A stretch of 64,000 bases of DNA, taken from an uncultured bacterium. Its GTDB lineage: Bacteria; Krumholzibacteriota; Krumholzibacteriia; Krumholzibacteriales; Krumholzibacteriaceae. The first letter of the stretch is position 1. Every line of letters begins with the position of its first letter. Location: positions 6,590-70,589 of the forward strand of contig CAVVEY010000014.1 in NCBI GenBank assembly GCA_963747385.1, given 5' to 3'. This document shows, one piece after another, positions 47,133 to 57,807 of this stretch. Under the pieces are notes generated by a model. It was given only the letters and a program-made list of their open reading frames with translations, did no database searches and was not told the origin of the DNA. The translations under genes and the position numbers were made by a program.

Positions 47133-48103
47133 GCAGGCCGGGACTATCGATCGCCATGTGCACCTGCAACGGCGAGGCTCACGTCGAGGAGCAGCTCGCG
47201 AGCATCGCCGCCCAGACGCGTCTGCCCGACGAGCTGATCGTCTGCGACGACGCTTCCACGGATGGAACGCGCGGCGCGCTCGAGGCTTTCGCCAGGAACA
47301 GCCCCTTCCCGGTTCGCGTTCATTCGAACGCCGCGAACGTGGGATCCAACAGGAACTTCGAGAAGGCGATAACGCTGTGCGCGGGGGAAATCGTCGCCCT
47401 CGCCGACCAGGACGATGTCTGGCTCCCGGAAAAGCTTTCGAGAATCATGGATGCGTTCTCCGCCAACCCTTCCGCGGGGGTCGTCTTTTCCGACGCGGCG
47501 CTGGCGGACGAGCATATGCGGCCTCTCGGCGTCACCCTGTGGGAGAGGATCGAGTTCACGCGGAAGCGAAGACGGCAGTTCGACACCGGAAACGCCTGGA
47601 GGGCGCTTCTCGGGAAGAATATGGTCACCGGCGCGACGATGGCCTTCAAGAAGGGCCATATGGACAGGATCGTCCCCTTTCCGTCGTCGTGGATCCACGA
47701 CGCGTGGATCGCATTTATCGTATCGCTGTACGCGGATCTGGTGTATATAGACGAGCCTCTTATCCGGTACCGCCAGCATCCCGGCCAGCAGGTCGGGGCG
47801 CGGGAGAAAGCCGGCCTTACGATGGAGGCGGTGTTCGGCGATAATTCCGGCTCGTACGCGAACGAATTCCGGCACTATGCGCACGCGCACGCGAGATTGA
47901 AGAAGCTCGGCGCGACGCTGAGCGATTATGACGCCATGGCGAAAGCGGCGAGAGACAGGGCGGTCTACTATTATTTGAGGTCGCGACTGCCGAAGGAAAA
48001 GCGCAATCGCGTCGCGACGGTCGCGGCGAACCTGTGCGCTCTCAGGTATTTCCGGTATTCGAACGGGCTCCTGAGCGCCGCGAAGGACCTCTTTCTCAAT
48101 TGA
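47129..48103 (+). CDS. Glycosyltransferase family 2
   Basis: LSIAMCTCNGE...ELIVCDDASTDGT and ALADQDDVW. ATGA overlap with the flippase stop. Confidence 0.85.
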   Translation: MSRPGLSIAMCTCNGEAHVEEQLASIAAQTRLPDELIVCDDASTDGTRGALEAFARNSPFPVRVHSNAANVGSNRNFEKAITLCAGEIVALADQDDVWLPEKLSRIMDAFSANPSAGVVFSDAALADEHMRPLGVTLWERIEFTRKRRRQFDTGNAWRALLGKNMVTGATMAFKKGHMDRIVPFPSSWIHDAWIAFIVSLYADLVYIDEPLIRYRQHPGQQVGAREKAGLTMEAVFGDNSGSYANEFRHYAHAHARLKKLGATLSDYDAMAKAARDRAVYYYLRSRLPKEKRNRVATVAANLCALRYFRYSNGLLSAAKDLFLN

Positions 48104-48127
48104 TCCGGCATACGGAAGGCGCGGCTG

Positions 48128-49015
48128 ATGTCGAAGGGCACTCTCGAAAAGAAAAACGTGTGCGCCGTCATCGTCACCTATCATCCCGACGAGGGTCTCG
48201 ATCGGCGCGTCGACGGGATTTCCGGACAGGTCGATCGTGTCGTGATCGTCGACAACCACACATCCGCGGAGAAGGCGCGCGCTCTCGATGGAATAGCGGA
48301 GAGGCGGAATGTTCATCTGATCCGCAACGAGCGGAACCTCGGCGTGGCGACCGCTCTGAACGAGGGGACGGACTGGGCGCGTCGGCACGGGTATGCGTGG
48401 GCGTTTCTGTTCGATCAGGACTCCGTGCTGGCGGAAGGCGCGCTCGATACGCTCGCCGGCGTGCTGAACGCCTGCGGCGAGGCGGATTCGACGGCCGTGC
48501 TCGGCTGCAACTATCGGGACGTTCACGCGGGCAGGCTGCGATACCCCGACGAGAGCGCGGCGGGGATTTCATGGCGGGAGAGAAAGACCGTCATAACCTC
48601 GGGAAGCCTGGTGTCCATCGACGCCTACGGCGATATCGGTCCCTTTCGGGACGCGTTCTTCATCGATCACGTGGACGACGAGTACTGTCTGAGGGCCAGA
48701 AAAAAGGGATACAAGGTGATATCGACCTGCAAGCCGGTCATGCTGCACAGCGTCGGCGCCTCCACCCTGCACAGGCTCCTCTGGAAGAGGACCGGCGTCA
48801 CGAACCATCCGCCGTTTCGCCGCTACTATATGACCCGAAATCATATTATCCTGATGAAGGAGTATTTCGCCGCCGAGCCGAGGTGGGTGTGCGACACCGC
48901 GTATTCGAGAATGAAATCCCTCGTGCTCATGTGCCTGTTCGAGAGGCAGCGCCCCGCGAAGCTGCGAAACGTGATCAGGGGGTTTTTCCACGGCGTGTTT
49001 CGAAACGCGAAATGA
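48128..49015 (+). CDS. Glycosyltransferase family 2 (rhamnosyltransferase-like)
   Basis: VCAVIVTYHPD, VVIVDNHTS, NLGVATALNEG, FLFDQDS and FIDHVDDEYCLRARKKGY. Confidence 0.85.
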   Translation: MSKGTLEKKNVCAVIVTYHPDEGLDRRVDGISGQVDRVVIVDNHTSAEKARALDGIAERRNVHLIRNERNLGVATALNEGTDWARRHGYAWAFLFDQDSVLAEGALDTLAGVLNACGEADSTAVLGCNYRDVHAGRLRYPDESAAGISWRERKTVITSGSLVSIDAYGDIGPFRDAFFIDHVDDEYCLRARKKGYKVISTCKPVMLHSVGASTLHRLLWKRTGVTNHPPFRRYYMTRNHIILMKEYFAAEPRWVCDTAYSRMKSLVLMCLFERQRPAKLRNVIRGFFHGVFRNAK

Positions 49016-49021
49016 GGGTTC

Positions 49022-50908
49022 ATGGCCGGGAATGAGCCGTTGAAAAAGAGAATCCATCCCGCGATCGCGCTCGCGGCGATTCTGGCCGCGGGGCTCGTCG
49101 TGCGGCTGGTCTTTCTTGTCCAGCTCGGGAGATCCGAGTTCGGCGGCATTCTCTCGCTCGATTCGCGATTCTACTACGATCTCGCGAGCGCCATTTCGGC
49201 GGGAGGCGCGCTGCCGGCGGGCGCGCTCGATTTCAACCCGCTGTATCCAGCGTTTCTCGTCGTCGTTTTCAAGCTCTTCGGCGCGGGGTTCCTGGCGCCT
49301 CGCGTCGCGCAGTTCGCGCTCGGTCTCTTCACGATCGCGCTCGTCTACGCCGCGGGCGCGAGACTGGTCGAGGGACCGAGAAAGGGGAAACCGTCCGGGG
49401 CCGTCACGGCGGTCGCGGCGGCCGCGATGACGCTCTTCTACCGGCAGTTCGTTCTGTATGAAGGCACGCTCATCGCGACGGCTCTCGAGGTGTTTCTGGT
49501 CGCCGCGTCGTTCATGCTCGCGTTGGCGCTCGACGAGGACCTGAGGGGCGAGCGGCCGATTCGTCTTCAAACGAGGCGGATTCCGCGATGGGTCTCGAGC
49601 CTCCTCCTCGGCGCGGTCCTCGGCGCCGGCGCCCTCGGCAGGCCGAACTTCTTCCTGCTCCTCGTCGCGGGCGTCCCGGTCTGGATACTGCTGAGAAATC
49701 TCCGGAAGCGCAGAGGCCTGATTCCCGCCTTGAGCTGTCTCGCCGGAGCGGCGCTGCTCCTCGCGCCCCCGATCGTGTACAGCGCGGCGCTCTCCGGGCG
49801 GATCGTTCCCGTGTCCGCCCACGGCGGCGTCAACTTTTACATCGGAAACCGGGCCGGAAGCCCCGGCGTCTTTCAGCCGCCCGCCGATATGCGCGCCGAT
49901 ATGCGCGGCATGATGGAGGACGCGAAGCTGAAGGCCGAGGCGGAAACCGGCCGCGCCATGACGCAGCCGGACGTGTCCGGGTATTATCTCCGCAAGGCCT
50001 TCGGCGAGATCGGGCGCGATCCGGCGTGGTGGTTCGGCCTCCTCGGGAAGAAGCTTCTCATCTTTTTCAACGAGGTCGAAGTGCCCGACGTGCCGAACGT
50101 CGTTTTCTACGAGAGGTCGTGCCCCGTTCTCGCGTTCCTGTTCCTGCCCTTCGCCGTCATCGCGCCGCTCGGCGTCTGCGGGCTCCTCGTGCTCTTCCGG
50201 AGCCGCAGGAACCGGAGCGTCGTCTCGCTCTTCCTCGCGTGCGCGATCCTCTCGGTGCTCCTCTTTTTCGTCAACGCGCGCTACCGTCTTCCCGCCGTTC
50301 CGATCCTGATCCTGCTCGCGGCGTTCTTCGTCGCGTGGGCGGCGCGGGAGATATCGCGCCGGCGCTTCAGGTTCGTCTCGATCATGATCGCCGCGGCCCT
50401 GACGCTCTTCTTTCTCGTCTCGCACCGGACCATGGTGCGGGTGAACGACAGCGCGGCATATACGTTTCTCGGCAATTTCTACGTCGCGAACAAGGACGAA
50501 GCGAAGGCCGCCGAGGCCTTCGCCGAGGCGTACCGGCTCGACCCGGAGCACGTCGAGGCGATGATCAATTACGCGCGGATTCTCCGGAAGCAGGGAGAGA
50601 CGCGAGCTTCGGCGAATCTGTACGCCCGCTCGTACGCGCTCATGCCGCGTTTCCCGCGTCTCGCGATAGAGTACGGCTCCGTGCTCGAGCTCCTCGGGCG
50701 GCGCGCGGATGCGCGAAAGCTGTACGAGCAGGCTCTGTCGACGGGCCGGCCGGGCGAGCAGGTGCTCGCGTGCCGGCTTCTCGCGCAAGCGGCTCTCGCC
50801 GAGGAGAAGAAGGACGAGGCGATCGTCTGGGTGAAGCGCGCGCTCGCGATCGCTCCCGACGATACGAACCTCGCCGGAATGCTCGAATGGCTCGAAAGCA
50901 CGCCATGA
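49022..50908 (+). CDS. GT-C type membrane glycosyltransferase (PMT_2/ArnT-like) with C-terminal TPR repeats
   Basis: The N-terminal ~450 aa are polytopic (…LDSRFYYDLA..., NPLYPAF). The C-terminus has TPR-like repeats (AAEAFAEAYRLDPEHVEAMINYARIL...). Confidence 0.75.
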   Translation: MAGNEPLKKRIHPAIALAAILAAGLVVRLVFLVQLGRSEFGGILSLDSRFYYDLASAISAGGALPAGALDFNPLYPAFLVVVFKLFGAGFLAPRVAQFALGLFTIALVYAAGARLVEGPRKGKPSGAVTAVAAAAMTLFYRQFVLYEGTLIATALEVFLVAASFMLALALDEDLRGERPIRLQTRRIPRWVSSLLLGAVLGAGALGRPNFFLLLVAGVPVWILLRNLRKRRGLIPALSCLAGAALLLAPPIVYSAALSGRIVPVSAHGGVNFYIGNRAGSPGVFQPPADMRADMRGMMEDAKLKAEAETGRAMTQPDVSGYYLRKAFGEIGRDPAWWFGLLGKKLLIFFNEVEVPDVPNVVFYERSCPVLAFLFLPFAVIAPLGVCGLLVLFRSRRNRSVVSLFLACAILSVLLFFVNARYRLPAVPILILLAAFFVAWAAREISRRRFRFVSIMIAAALTLFFLVSHRTMVRVNDSAAYTFLGNFYVANKDEAKAAEAFAEAYRLDPEHVEAMINYARILRKQGETRASANLYARSYALMPRFPRLAIEYGSVLELLGRRADARKLYEQALSTGRPGEQVLACRLLAQAALAEEKKDEAIVWVKRALAIAPDDTNLAGMLEWLESTP

Positions 50909-51012
50909 GCCCGATAATGGGCTTGCCGGGCGCGGATGACGATGATACATTCGGGGGCGTGTTGTGCGCGTTTCCGGACGACATGCAGTGAACGGATGAG
51001 GTTCTCGCGACG

Positions 51013-52114
51013 ATGATTCCTCTTCTTCTGGCCATATTCCGCCGCAAGAAGGTGATTCTGGCCGTCACGGCGGCGGGATTTCTGATTTCCGCCGCCGTGA
51101 GCGTCCTTCTCCCGCCGACGTACGTCGCATCGACCATGTTCGCTCCCGCCGGCGCCGAGAAAGACCTCACGAACCTCACGAAGTTCTTCGCGCCGATGGG
51201 ATCGTTCGGCGAATCGTTCGCGGCCTATCTCAGGGCGCGCAAGAACTACCTCATCGATTATATCATCCGGAGCCGCAGGATGAGCGATCTCATCGACGCG
51301 CGGTTCGATCTCAGAGGCATGTACGGGGTGACCGATCGCGATGAAGCGCGGCGAAAGCTGGCCGAGCATACGGCCGTCGTGATCAAGAACGAGGGCGTCA
51401 TCGTGCTGAGCTTCGCGGACCGCGACCGGGAACGCGCGATCGCGATCGCCGGGGAGTATCTCGCGCAGCTCGACTCCATTATCCTCGATCTCGTCATCGA
51501 GAACACCGGCGAACGGATGCGATTCCTGACCGACGAGGTCGCGCGGCGGGAGCGGGCGATCGCGGCCTCCGATTCCCTCATCAGCGGCTATCTCGGGCAA
51601 TTCGGCCTCTACGAAATGGAAGAGCAGGTTCGGGTGATGCTCGACATCGTATCCGACCTGAGCAGCCGGCTCAGCATACTCGACGTCGAGAAGCGGCTGC
51701 TCGAGCTGACGATGAAACCGGGAAGAAGACGATCTCGACAGGGTCGAGTTCGAATGGAATCAGTTGCGCAGCCAGCTTCTTCTCCTGCGGGAGACCGGCG
51801 CCGAGCCGAATCTCTTTCCTCCTTTCAAGGAGCTCCCTGAAATCAGCGCCCACTACCTGCAATTCGTGAGCGAGCGCAAGATGCAGGAATTCATGCTCGC
51901 CTACCTGCGCCTGAGGCTCGCCGACGCCGAGGCCGCCTCGAACAGCCGCATGAGCGCGCTCAAGGTTTTCGATCCTCCTTCGGCTCCCGATCGCCGTTCG
52001 TGGCCGAAGCGAAAGCAAATAGTTCTGGTCTCGACCGCCGCCGCGTTTTTCTGGGCGAGCTTTTTCATGGTTCTGGATGAGCGCCGGAGGTCGGCGAAGG
52101 CGCGTGAGGCATGA
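51013..52114 (+). CDS. Wzz/GumC-like polysaccharide chain-length determinant protein; frame broken near 51721
   Basis: N-terminal TM segment plus LPPTYVASTMF. After ...LELTMKP, the continuation EEDDLDRVEFEWNQLRSQLLLLRE... and the C-terminal TM segment (VLVSTAAAFFWASFFMVL) are in frame +1 (ORF 51764-52114). Confidence 0.75.
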
Positions 52115-53502
52115 GGCTCGAGTTTGACGGGAAAGCGATCGACCTGAGGCGGCTCATGCTCTTCGTCGCGGCGCCGCTCGCGTGCGTCGCCGTCGCCGTC
52201 GCGATCTTCCTTCCCGCGGGCTTCGCGCTCGTTCTGATGCTCCTGTTCGCCCTTCCCTTCGTATTTCTGTGCGTCGACCGGCCCGCGATCATCTTCTATA
52301 TCGTCGTCCTCGTTCTTTTTTCGAATCTCGACGTCTATGCGCCCTTCCGTCTCTATCGCTACCTCATATTCTTCCTGCTGGCCTCTTTCGCGATCGCCGT
52401 CGCGAACGGAAGGCGTCTCGTGGCGCACCATCCGCACCTGATCGCGCTCGCGATCGCTTTCGCGATCATCGCGTTTCAGTCCCTTTCGGTCGCGCATGAA
52501 TACCGCGTCGCGGCGCGGAATCTGGCCGTTTTTATCAAAATGCTCGTCGCCGTCGCGATCGTCGCGCAGTTCACGAGGGACCGGAAGGAATTCCGGCGCT
52601 TTCTTCTCGTGCTGGCGGGAGGGATTCTGCTCTCGGACTATCTTCCCTTTCTCGTGCATCCGCCGGATCGTTTCGCGAGCCTTTCGCTGCTCTGGGGCCA
52701 GGGCATCATGCGATACGAAGGATTCGTCTTCGAGCCCAACACCTTTGCGCTGTTCCAGCTCTTCCTCATTCCGGTGCTCGTCTTTTTCGCCGGCGCGTAC
52801 CGGAAGTCGCGCGTGGCCAGCGCGTTCTTCGCGCTCTCGATACTCGGGAGCGTCGGCGTCCTGGCCCTGAGCTTTTCGCGGGGAGGGTTCGTCGGGCTCG
52901 CGTGCCTGCTTGCGGCGCTCGTCGTCGTCGAACGAAAGAACAAGCCGCTCTTCCTCTTCGGGCTCTCGCTCGTCGCGGCGAGCGTCGTGTTGATTCCGGG
53001 CGTATACTGGGAGCGGATGGGATCGATCTTCGATTTCGCGACGAAGCGATCCGGCGATTTCGCCATCTATACGCGCCTCGAAACGATGCGGGTCGCGCTC
53101 CGTCTGGGGTTCGCCCATCCCCTGCTCGGCGTCGGCATGGGGAACTTCATTCCGAGCTCAGCGTACTTCATTCCGCACGGACTCACCGTTCACAACAGCT
53201 TTCTCCAGATATTTTCCGAGCTCGGGCTCGTGGCGCTTTCGTTGTTCGTCGGAATCGTCGTAGGCAACTTCAGGATCATCCGCCGGATGATGAAGAACGA
53301 CGGCGATCCCGAAGTCGCCCAGATGGGGCGCGCGCTGTCCATACAGCACGTCGCGATGCTTGCCTCGATGGCCTTCCTGCCCGTCATGTACGATATGATC
53401 ACCTGGTTCATGCTCGCCATGCCGGCGATCGCGGAACACGCCTATCGGAGCGAGTCGCCGGCGGAAGGCGCCGTTTCTTCCGTTTCGACCGGCAGGAAAT
53501 AG
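52111..53502 (+). CDS. O-antigen ligase / Wzy-like polymerase family membrane protein
   Basis: Polytopic membrane protein with SRGGFVGLACLL..., HPLLGVGMGNF and HNSFLQIFSELG (Wzy_C-like). Confidence 0.8.
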   Translation: MRLEFDGKAIDLRRLMLFVAAPLACVAVAVAIFLPAGFALVLMLLFALPFVFLCVDRPAIIFYIVVLVLFSNLDVYAPFRLYRYLIFFLLASFAIAVANGRRLVAHHPHLIALAIAFAIIAFQSLSVAHEYRVAARNLAVFIKMLVAVAIVAQFTRDRKEFRRFLLVLAGGILLSDYLPFLVHPPDRFASLSLLWGQGIMRYEGFVFEPNTFALFQLFLIPVLVFFAGAYRKSRVASAFFALSILGSVGVLALSFSRGGFVGLACLLAALVVVERKNKPLFLFGLSLVAASVVLIPGVYWERMGSIFDFATKRSGDFAIYTRLETMRVALRLGFAHPLLGVGMGNFIPSSAYFIPHGLTVHNSFLQIFSELGLVALSLFVGIVVGNFRIIRRMMKNDGDPEVAQMGRALSIQHVAMLASMAFLPVMYDMITWFMLAMPAIAEHAYRSESPAEGAVSSVSTGRK

Positions 53503-54977
53503 CTTTTCAGCTTGAAGCACGAAAGGTAGAAGCCCCTGCCGAGCGGGACGTTCACGAAGTCGTAGTTCCTCTCGAATCCCGGCTGTCTCGCGATTTCCTC
53601 TTCCTGAATCTTGATGCGCATCCGGTCGCGGCCGCGCGTCCCCCGGTGAATCTGAACGTTGCCGAAAAGGAGCAGATCGGGCCGTTTCTCGATGACGTAC
53701 TCGCCGTCGGTCTTGAGATGTCCCGGCTGCGTGCCCACGACGACGCCGTGCCGGGCGATGAAGCGCTCCGTGAGGCCGAGGATGTCGACGATCGGCATGT
53801 CCGTGTAGTAGCCGATCGCTCCCGTCGATCCGCATCCGATGGTCGTTCCCGGCGGGAGGATGTCTCTCAGCCGCCGGCCGAGGTGCGCAAACGCGGCGAC
53901 CGTGACGCGCTCCGTGGTGAACGCCTCGAAGCCGACCGCGCCCGGCGCCGCCGCGAGGAATATGAGCGCGAGCGCGAGCACGACGGCTCTGGCCTCGCGC
54001 GCCGCGATCGCCATGGCCCCGCGCGAGGCGGCGAGCATGACGAACGGCAGGATCGGCAGCAGCATGCGGTAATGCGGCATCCAGTCGCCGCCGAGGAAAA
54101 GAACCTCGATCCCGGCCGCGGCCGCGAAGAGGAGCGGAAGGGCGCAGCTCTCCCGTGAGCGTCCCGCCGCGCGCGACAGCAGAACGCCCGCGACGAAAAG
54201 ATACCCGTAGCTCAGAGCGAATCCGGACACGTATCGAGCGCCGTTCGAGAGCATGAGGCCGGCCGGCCCCATTTTCGCGTAGAAGGTGTTCGGCAGGAAC
54301 GCGTGGAAATAGCTCCATTTCCAGGCGAGATACGGGGCGTAGAAGACCGCCGCTATTCCGAGTCCCAGAGCCGCGATCGATTTTCTCCGCGGGTTTCGCG
54401 CGAGCAGGGAGATGAACGCGATCAGGAAAAAGAGCGTTCCCTCGGGGCGGACGAGCCCGAGGAGCCCGAAGACGGCGAGCGCGGCCCCGGGCCGTTTCCC
54501 GGAGCGGAGAAACAGGAACCCCCCGAAGAGCAGAAAAGTGAAGAGAGGGATCTCGGATCCGCTGACGCTCCAGACGAGGAACGGGGGAGATGCGGCGAGC
54601 ATCGCGGCGGGCAGGAACGTCCCGATGGCCTCCCGCCAGCCCGGGCTCGCTCCGGCCGGAGCGTCGTCCCGCCGCGCCGCAATCGCGACGAGCGCGAGCG
54701 TGCCGAGAGAAAAGAGGAGGCTCAGCGTCCGGGCGCCGGCGACGAGGGGGAATCCGAGCTTTCCCGCGAAGACGACGATGAGGAGCCAGAGGAAGTTCGT
54801 GTATCCCTCGACGCGCTCGCCGGGGTTGAAGACGAAGCCGTCCCCGCGCAGCACGTTCCGCGCGTAGCGGAGCGTTATGAACGTGTCGTCCGGGATGTAG
54901 CGGAAAGCGGCGAGGCCGGCCGCGAGGATGGCGAGCGTGGCGAGGGACAGGATGAGTAGTCGCGTTCTCTGACGCAC
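53442..54977 (-). CDS. Polytopic membrane protein, putative GT-C fold glycosyltransferase
   Basis: GTG (VRQRTRLLILSLATL...) after AAGGAG. Contains PDDTFITLRYARN...GERVEGYTNFLW and about 11 further hydrophobic segments. Confidence 0.65.
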   Translation of the reverse strand: MRQRTRLLILSLATLAILAAGLAAFRYIPDDTFITLRYARNVLRGDGFVFNPGERVEGYTNFLWLLIVVFAGKLGFPLVAGARTLSLLFSLGTLALVAIAARRDDAPAGASPGWREAIGTFLPAAMLAASPPFLVWSVSGSEIPLFTFLLFGGFLFLRSGKRPGAALAVFGLLGLVRPEGTLFFLIAFISLLARNPRRKSIAALGLGIAAVFYAPYLAWKWSYFHAFLPNTFYAKMGPAGLMLSNGARYVSGFALSYGYLFVAGVLLSRAAGRSRESCALPLLFAAAAGIEVLFLGGDWMPHYRMLLPILPFVMLAASRGAMAIAAREARAVVLALALIFLAAAPGAVGFEAFTTERVTVAAFAHLGRRLRDILPPGTTIGCGSTGAIGYYTDMPIVDILGLTERFIARHGVVVGTQPGHLKTDGEYVIEKRPDLLLFGNVQIHRGTRGRDRMRIKIQEEEIARQPGFERNYDFVNVPLGRGFYLSCFKLKSYFLPVETEETAPSAGDSLR

Positions 54978-55056
54978 GGGGGAGCTCCTTGCCGGGCCTC
55001 CGCTCGATGACGGCGCGCGCCCGCGGGCGCGAGGGTCCCGGGGCCCGCGTGAAGCG

Positions 55057-55299
55057 CTAGTTCTCGAGAAAGATCGCGTTGCAGGTGATCGTGTTCTGGA
55101 CGCCGGGAATCGTCTGGATCTTCTCGATGACGAAGCGGCCGATCTCGTTGAACGTCGATCCGTCAACGACGGCGATCATGTCGTAAGGACCCGATACGGC
55201 ATGCACGATCTCGACGTGCTGCATCTTGGCGAGCGTGCTGTACACGTTTCCGGCGACGCCCGCCGCGAGATTGATGAGAATGAACGCCTTGGCCCTCAT
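55057..55299 (-). CDS. Stand-alone Lrp/AsnC ligand-binding (RAM) domain protein
   Basis: 80 aa, MRAKAFILINLAAG...VSGPYDMIAVVDG...IQTIPGVQNTITC, with ATG after GAGGAGG. Confidence 0.75.
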   Translation of the reverse strand: MRAKAFILINLAAGVAGNVYSTLAKMQHVEIVHAVSGPYDMIAVVDGSTFNEIGRFVIEKIQTIPGVQNTITCNAIFLEN

Positions 55300-55449
55300 A
55301 TGATCCTCCTCTCGAACCTCCTGAACGAATGCTTGAGCGCGCGCGGCCATTATGTCAGAATAAAACGGCGTTTTCAACGCGTTTCGGGCGGGGGCCCGCC
55401 TCGAAGAGGCCGCGGGGGGATCGAAGAGAGCCCGTTCGGGGAGAATCCG

Positions 55450-57801
55450 TTGGATCGAAAGCTTTTTATCGTACTGCTCGTGGCGCTTTTCTGCCTCGCC
55501 AACGTCACGCGCGCGGCGTATCGCGCGAGGATCGAGCAGCCTCGCTTCGCGGCCGAGGGAGCGGCCCATTTCCGGTACACGAAGATGGTCGCGGAGGGCA
55601 AGCCGATTCCCGCCCTCGACGTGCCCGCGCAGGCGCCCGAGGGGCTTCGCGTGTTCCGCGAAACGTCTCCCGCGATGGAATATATCGTGGGCTGGACGTA
55701 CAGGCTCATCCCGGGGGACAAGCCCGATCTTCCGTCCTACGTGCGGTACTTCACGGCGTTCTTTTTTTCCCTCGCGATTCTGCCGCTCGCGCTCCTCTCG
55801 GCGAGGCTCTGGAAGAGTCTCGGAGCGGGGCTTCTCGCCGCGCTCCTTTTCGCGGTCGCTCTCCCGCTCGTCGCGCGCTCGAGCGGATTCGATTATCTCA
55901 GGGAGAACGTCGCCCTGCCGCTCATCGCCTTTCACCTGTTCTTCTACGTCTCGGCGTGCGCGGGAGGCGGCGTCGCGGCGCCGATCCTTTCGGGCGTTTT
56001 TCTTTTCGCGGCGCTCGCCTCATGGCAGGGGGCGCAATTCTATCTCGCGCCGTTTCTCGCGTTCGTCCTTTTTCGGGGGATCGCCGTCGACGCGTCCCTC
56101 CGCGAGCGCCGCGCGGCTCGCTTTCTCGTGTGCTCGATCGCGGCCGCCGGCGCGCTCGTTCCGTTCCTTCGGGAGAGCCGGTTCCTGCTGTCGATACCCG
56201 CGGCGCTCGCCGCGGCCGTGATCGCGGTCGATCTCCTCGCGCCCCGGATCCCCGGGAGGCGCCCGCGGCGCGCGGGGAGGAAGGCGAAGCCGGACGGGGC
56301 GAGCCCGCGCGCGGCCAAAGCGGCGATCGCGGCGCTCGCCGTCGCAGCGGTTATCCTGCCCGGCGTCCTTTCGGGGAGACACTTCGCCTCCTACGCGCAT
56401 TTCTTCGATCTCGTGCTGTACAAGCTGCGGTACCTCCGAAAGCCGGACGATCCGCGGCTTCTCCCGTTCGACGCCAGGGCCTTCTGGGTCGGACCGTTCA
56501 ACTCCCCGGACGCGCTTCACTTCTTCGTGTTCGCGCTGCCGGTATTGCTCCTCCTGCCTGGCCCCCTGGCGCTCCTCGTCTGGCGGGCCCGGCGGCGCGA
56601 GCACGAGGCGCAGGTGGTCCTCGCGTTTCTCGCCGTTTTCTTCTTCCTGTTCCTGCTCATGCAGCGGCTTCTTCCCCTGTTCGGGTTCTTCGCCGCGGTC
56701 GCGGCGGGAGGGAACGTCCCTCTGTTTCTGCAGGTTCGAAGTCCCCGGAGATTCGCGACCTCCGTGTTTCTCGTCTCGATCGTCGTCCTCGCGATCTTTC
56801 TGCTCCAGGATTTCGGCTGGGAGGGGAAGCGCGATTACTGGCGGCGGATCGCCCGGACGATCAAGGTGCCTCCGCGCGCCAGGTTCGCGATCTATCCGGA
56901 CGCGAGGGACGTCGAGGGGGATCTCCTCGCCTGGGTGCGCGGGAACGTCGAGCCGGACGCGGTCGTGATGTCGCTTCATTATCTCTCCCCGCAGGTGCTC
57001 GCGTACACGGGGCGCTCGACGAATCTCAACGATTTCTTCGAATCCCCGCGGCTGAGACGCAAAGCGGAGCGGCTGCTCGCGTCGCTGTACTCGAGCGAGG
57101 AGGATCTGTACCGGTTCTGCGCGGAGCAATCGAGCGATTATCTCCTCGTGAGCTGCGCCGTGGGGTGCGATCCGACGAAGGATTCCCCGCTCTATCAGGC
57201 GGGGCTCGTCAACATGCCTCCGGGCTGCGCGGCGTATCGCCTCATGTTCGAGCCCGAGAAGCTCGCTCGATTCGATCTCGTGTACGAGAACGAGATGTAC
57301 CGCGCCTTCCGGGTCGGGAGGGCGGCGAGCCCGCGCGCATGGCCGCGCTCCCCGCTCTTCTACGAAAAGGATCTTCTCTGGAACATGAGCGGCGGCATCG
57401 ACCGCTTTTACGCCTCCGCGATGCGGATATACGCGCTCGCCGCGCGGGGGAGAACGCTCATCCTGCAGGGGCGCGAACGGGAGGGGGAACAGAGCCTCGT
57501 CGAGGCGTTGCGGATATTCTATTTCTATCCTGCGTGGAAGGCGCTCGACGAGCTCTATGCGAGGCGAGGCCGCGCCGAAGAGCGTGAAACGGTCGCCGCA
57601 TTCGCCTACCGGCACGACCCGAACCGCGTCGACGTCTGCCTCGCGCTCGCGGAAAGCCGGATCGAGCGCGGATCGGCGGAGGGAGTGCGCGAGATTCTCG
57701 AGCGGTGTCTGGAGCTCCCCGCCTCGCCGCGCGATCGTTCTCTCGCCGCCGATCTCCTTGCGGGCGTGGAAGGCGCGGCGCAGCGGCCGCCCGGACGCTG
57801 A
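55450..57801 (+). CDS. Polytopic membrane protein (GT-C/STT3- or PMT-like, tentative) with C-terminal TPR-like region
   Basis: TTG start before LDRKLFIVLLVALF. There are about 13 hydrophobic segments, then a soluble C-terminus with TPR-like helices (…LVEALRIFYFYPAWKALDELYARRG...). Confidence 0.65.
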   Translation: MDRKLFIVLLVALFCLANVTRAAYRARIEQPRFAAEGAAHFRYTKMVAEGKPIPALDVPAQAPEGLRVFRETSPAMEYIVGWTYRLIPGDKPDLPSYVRYFTAFFFSLAILPLALLSARLWKSLGAGLLAALLFAVALPLVARSSGFDYLRENVALPLIAFHLFFYVSACAGGGVAAPILSGVFLFAALASWQGAQFYLAPFLAFVLFRGIAVDASLRERRAARFLVCSIAAAGALVPFLRESRFLLSIPAALAAAVIAVDLLAPRIPGRRPRRAGRKAKPDGASPRAAKAAIAALAVAAVILPGVLSGRHFASYAHFFDLVLYKLRYLRKPDDPRLLPFDARAFWVGPFNSPDALHFFVFALPVLLLLPGPLALLVWRARRREHEAQVVLAFLAVFFFLFLLMQRLLPLFGFFAAVAAGGNVPLFLQVRSPRRFATSVFLVSIVVLAIFLLQDFGWEGKRDYWRRIARTIKVPPRARFAIYPDARDVEGDLLAWVRGNVEPDAVVMSLHYLSPQVLAYTGRSTNLNDFFESPRLRRKAERLLASLYSSEEDLYRFCAEQSSDYLLVSCAVGCDPTKDSPLYQAGLVNMPPGCAAYRLMFEPEKLARFDLVYENEMYRAFRVGRAASPRAWPRSPLFYEKDLLWNMSGGIDRFYASAMRIYALAARGRTLILQGREREGEQSLVEALRIFYFYPAWKALDELYARRGRAEERETVAAFAYRHDPNRVDVCLALAESRIERGSAEGVREILERCLELPASPRDRSLAADLLAGVEGAAQRPPGR

Positions 57802-57807
57802 CGGTTC

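Noticed and set aside
48569-50950. 793-aa minus-strand ORF opposite the GT2 and GT-C/TPR genes. Similar ORFs are 47144-48526, 51901-53118, 53158-54318 and 56020-57615.
   Set aside because: All are Arg/Glu/Asp/Pro-rich with no TM segments or motifs, and each overlaps convincing membrane-protein or GT genes on the other strand.
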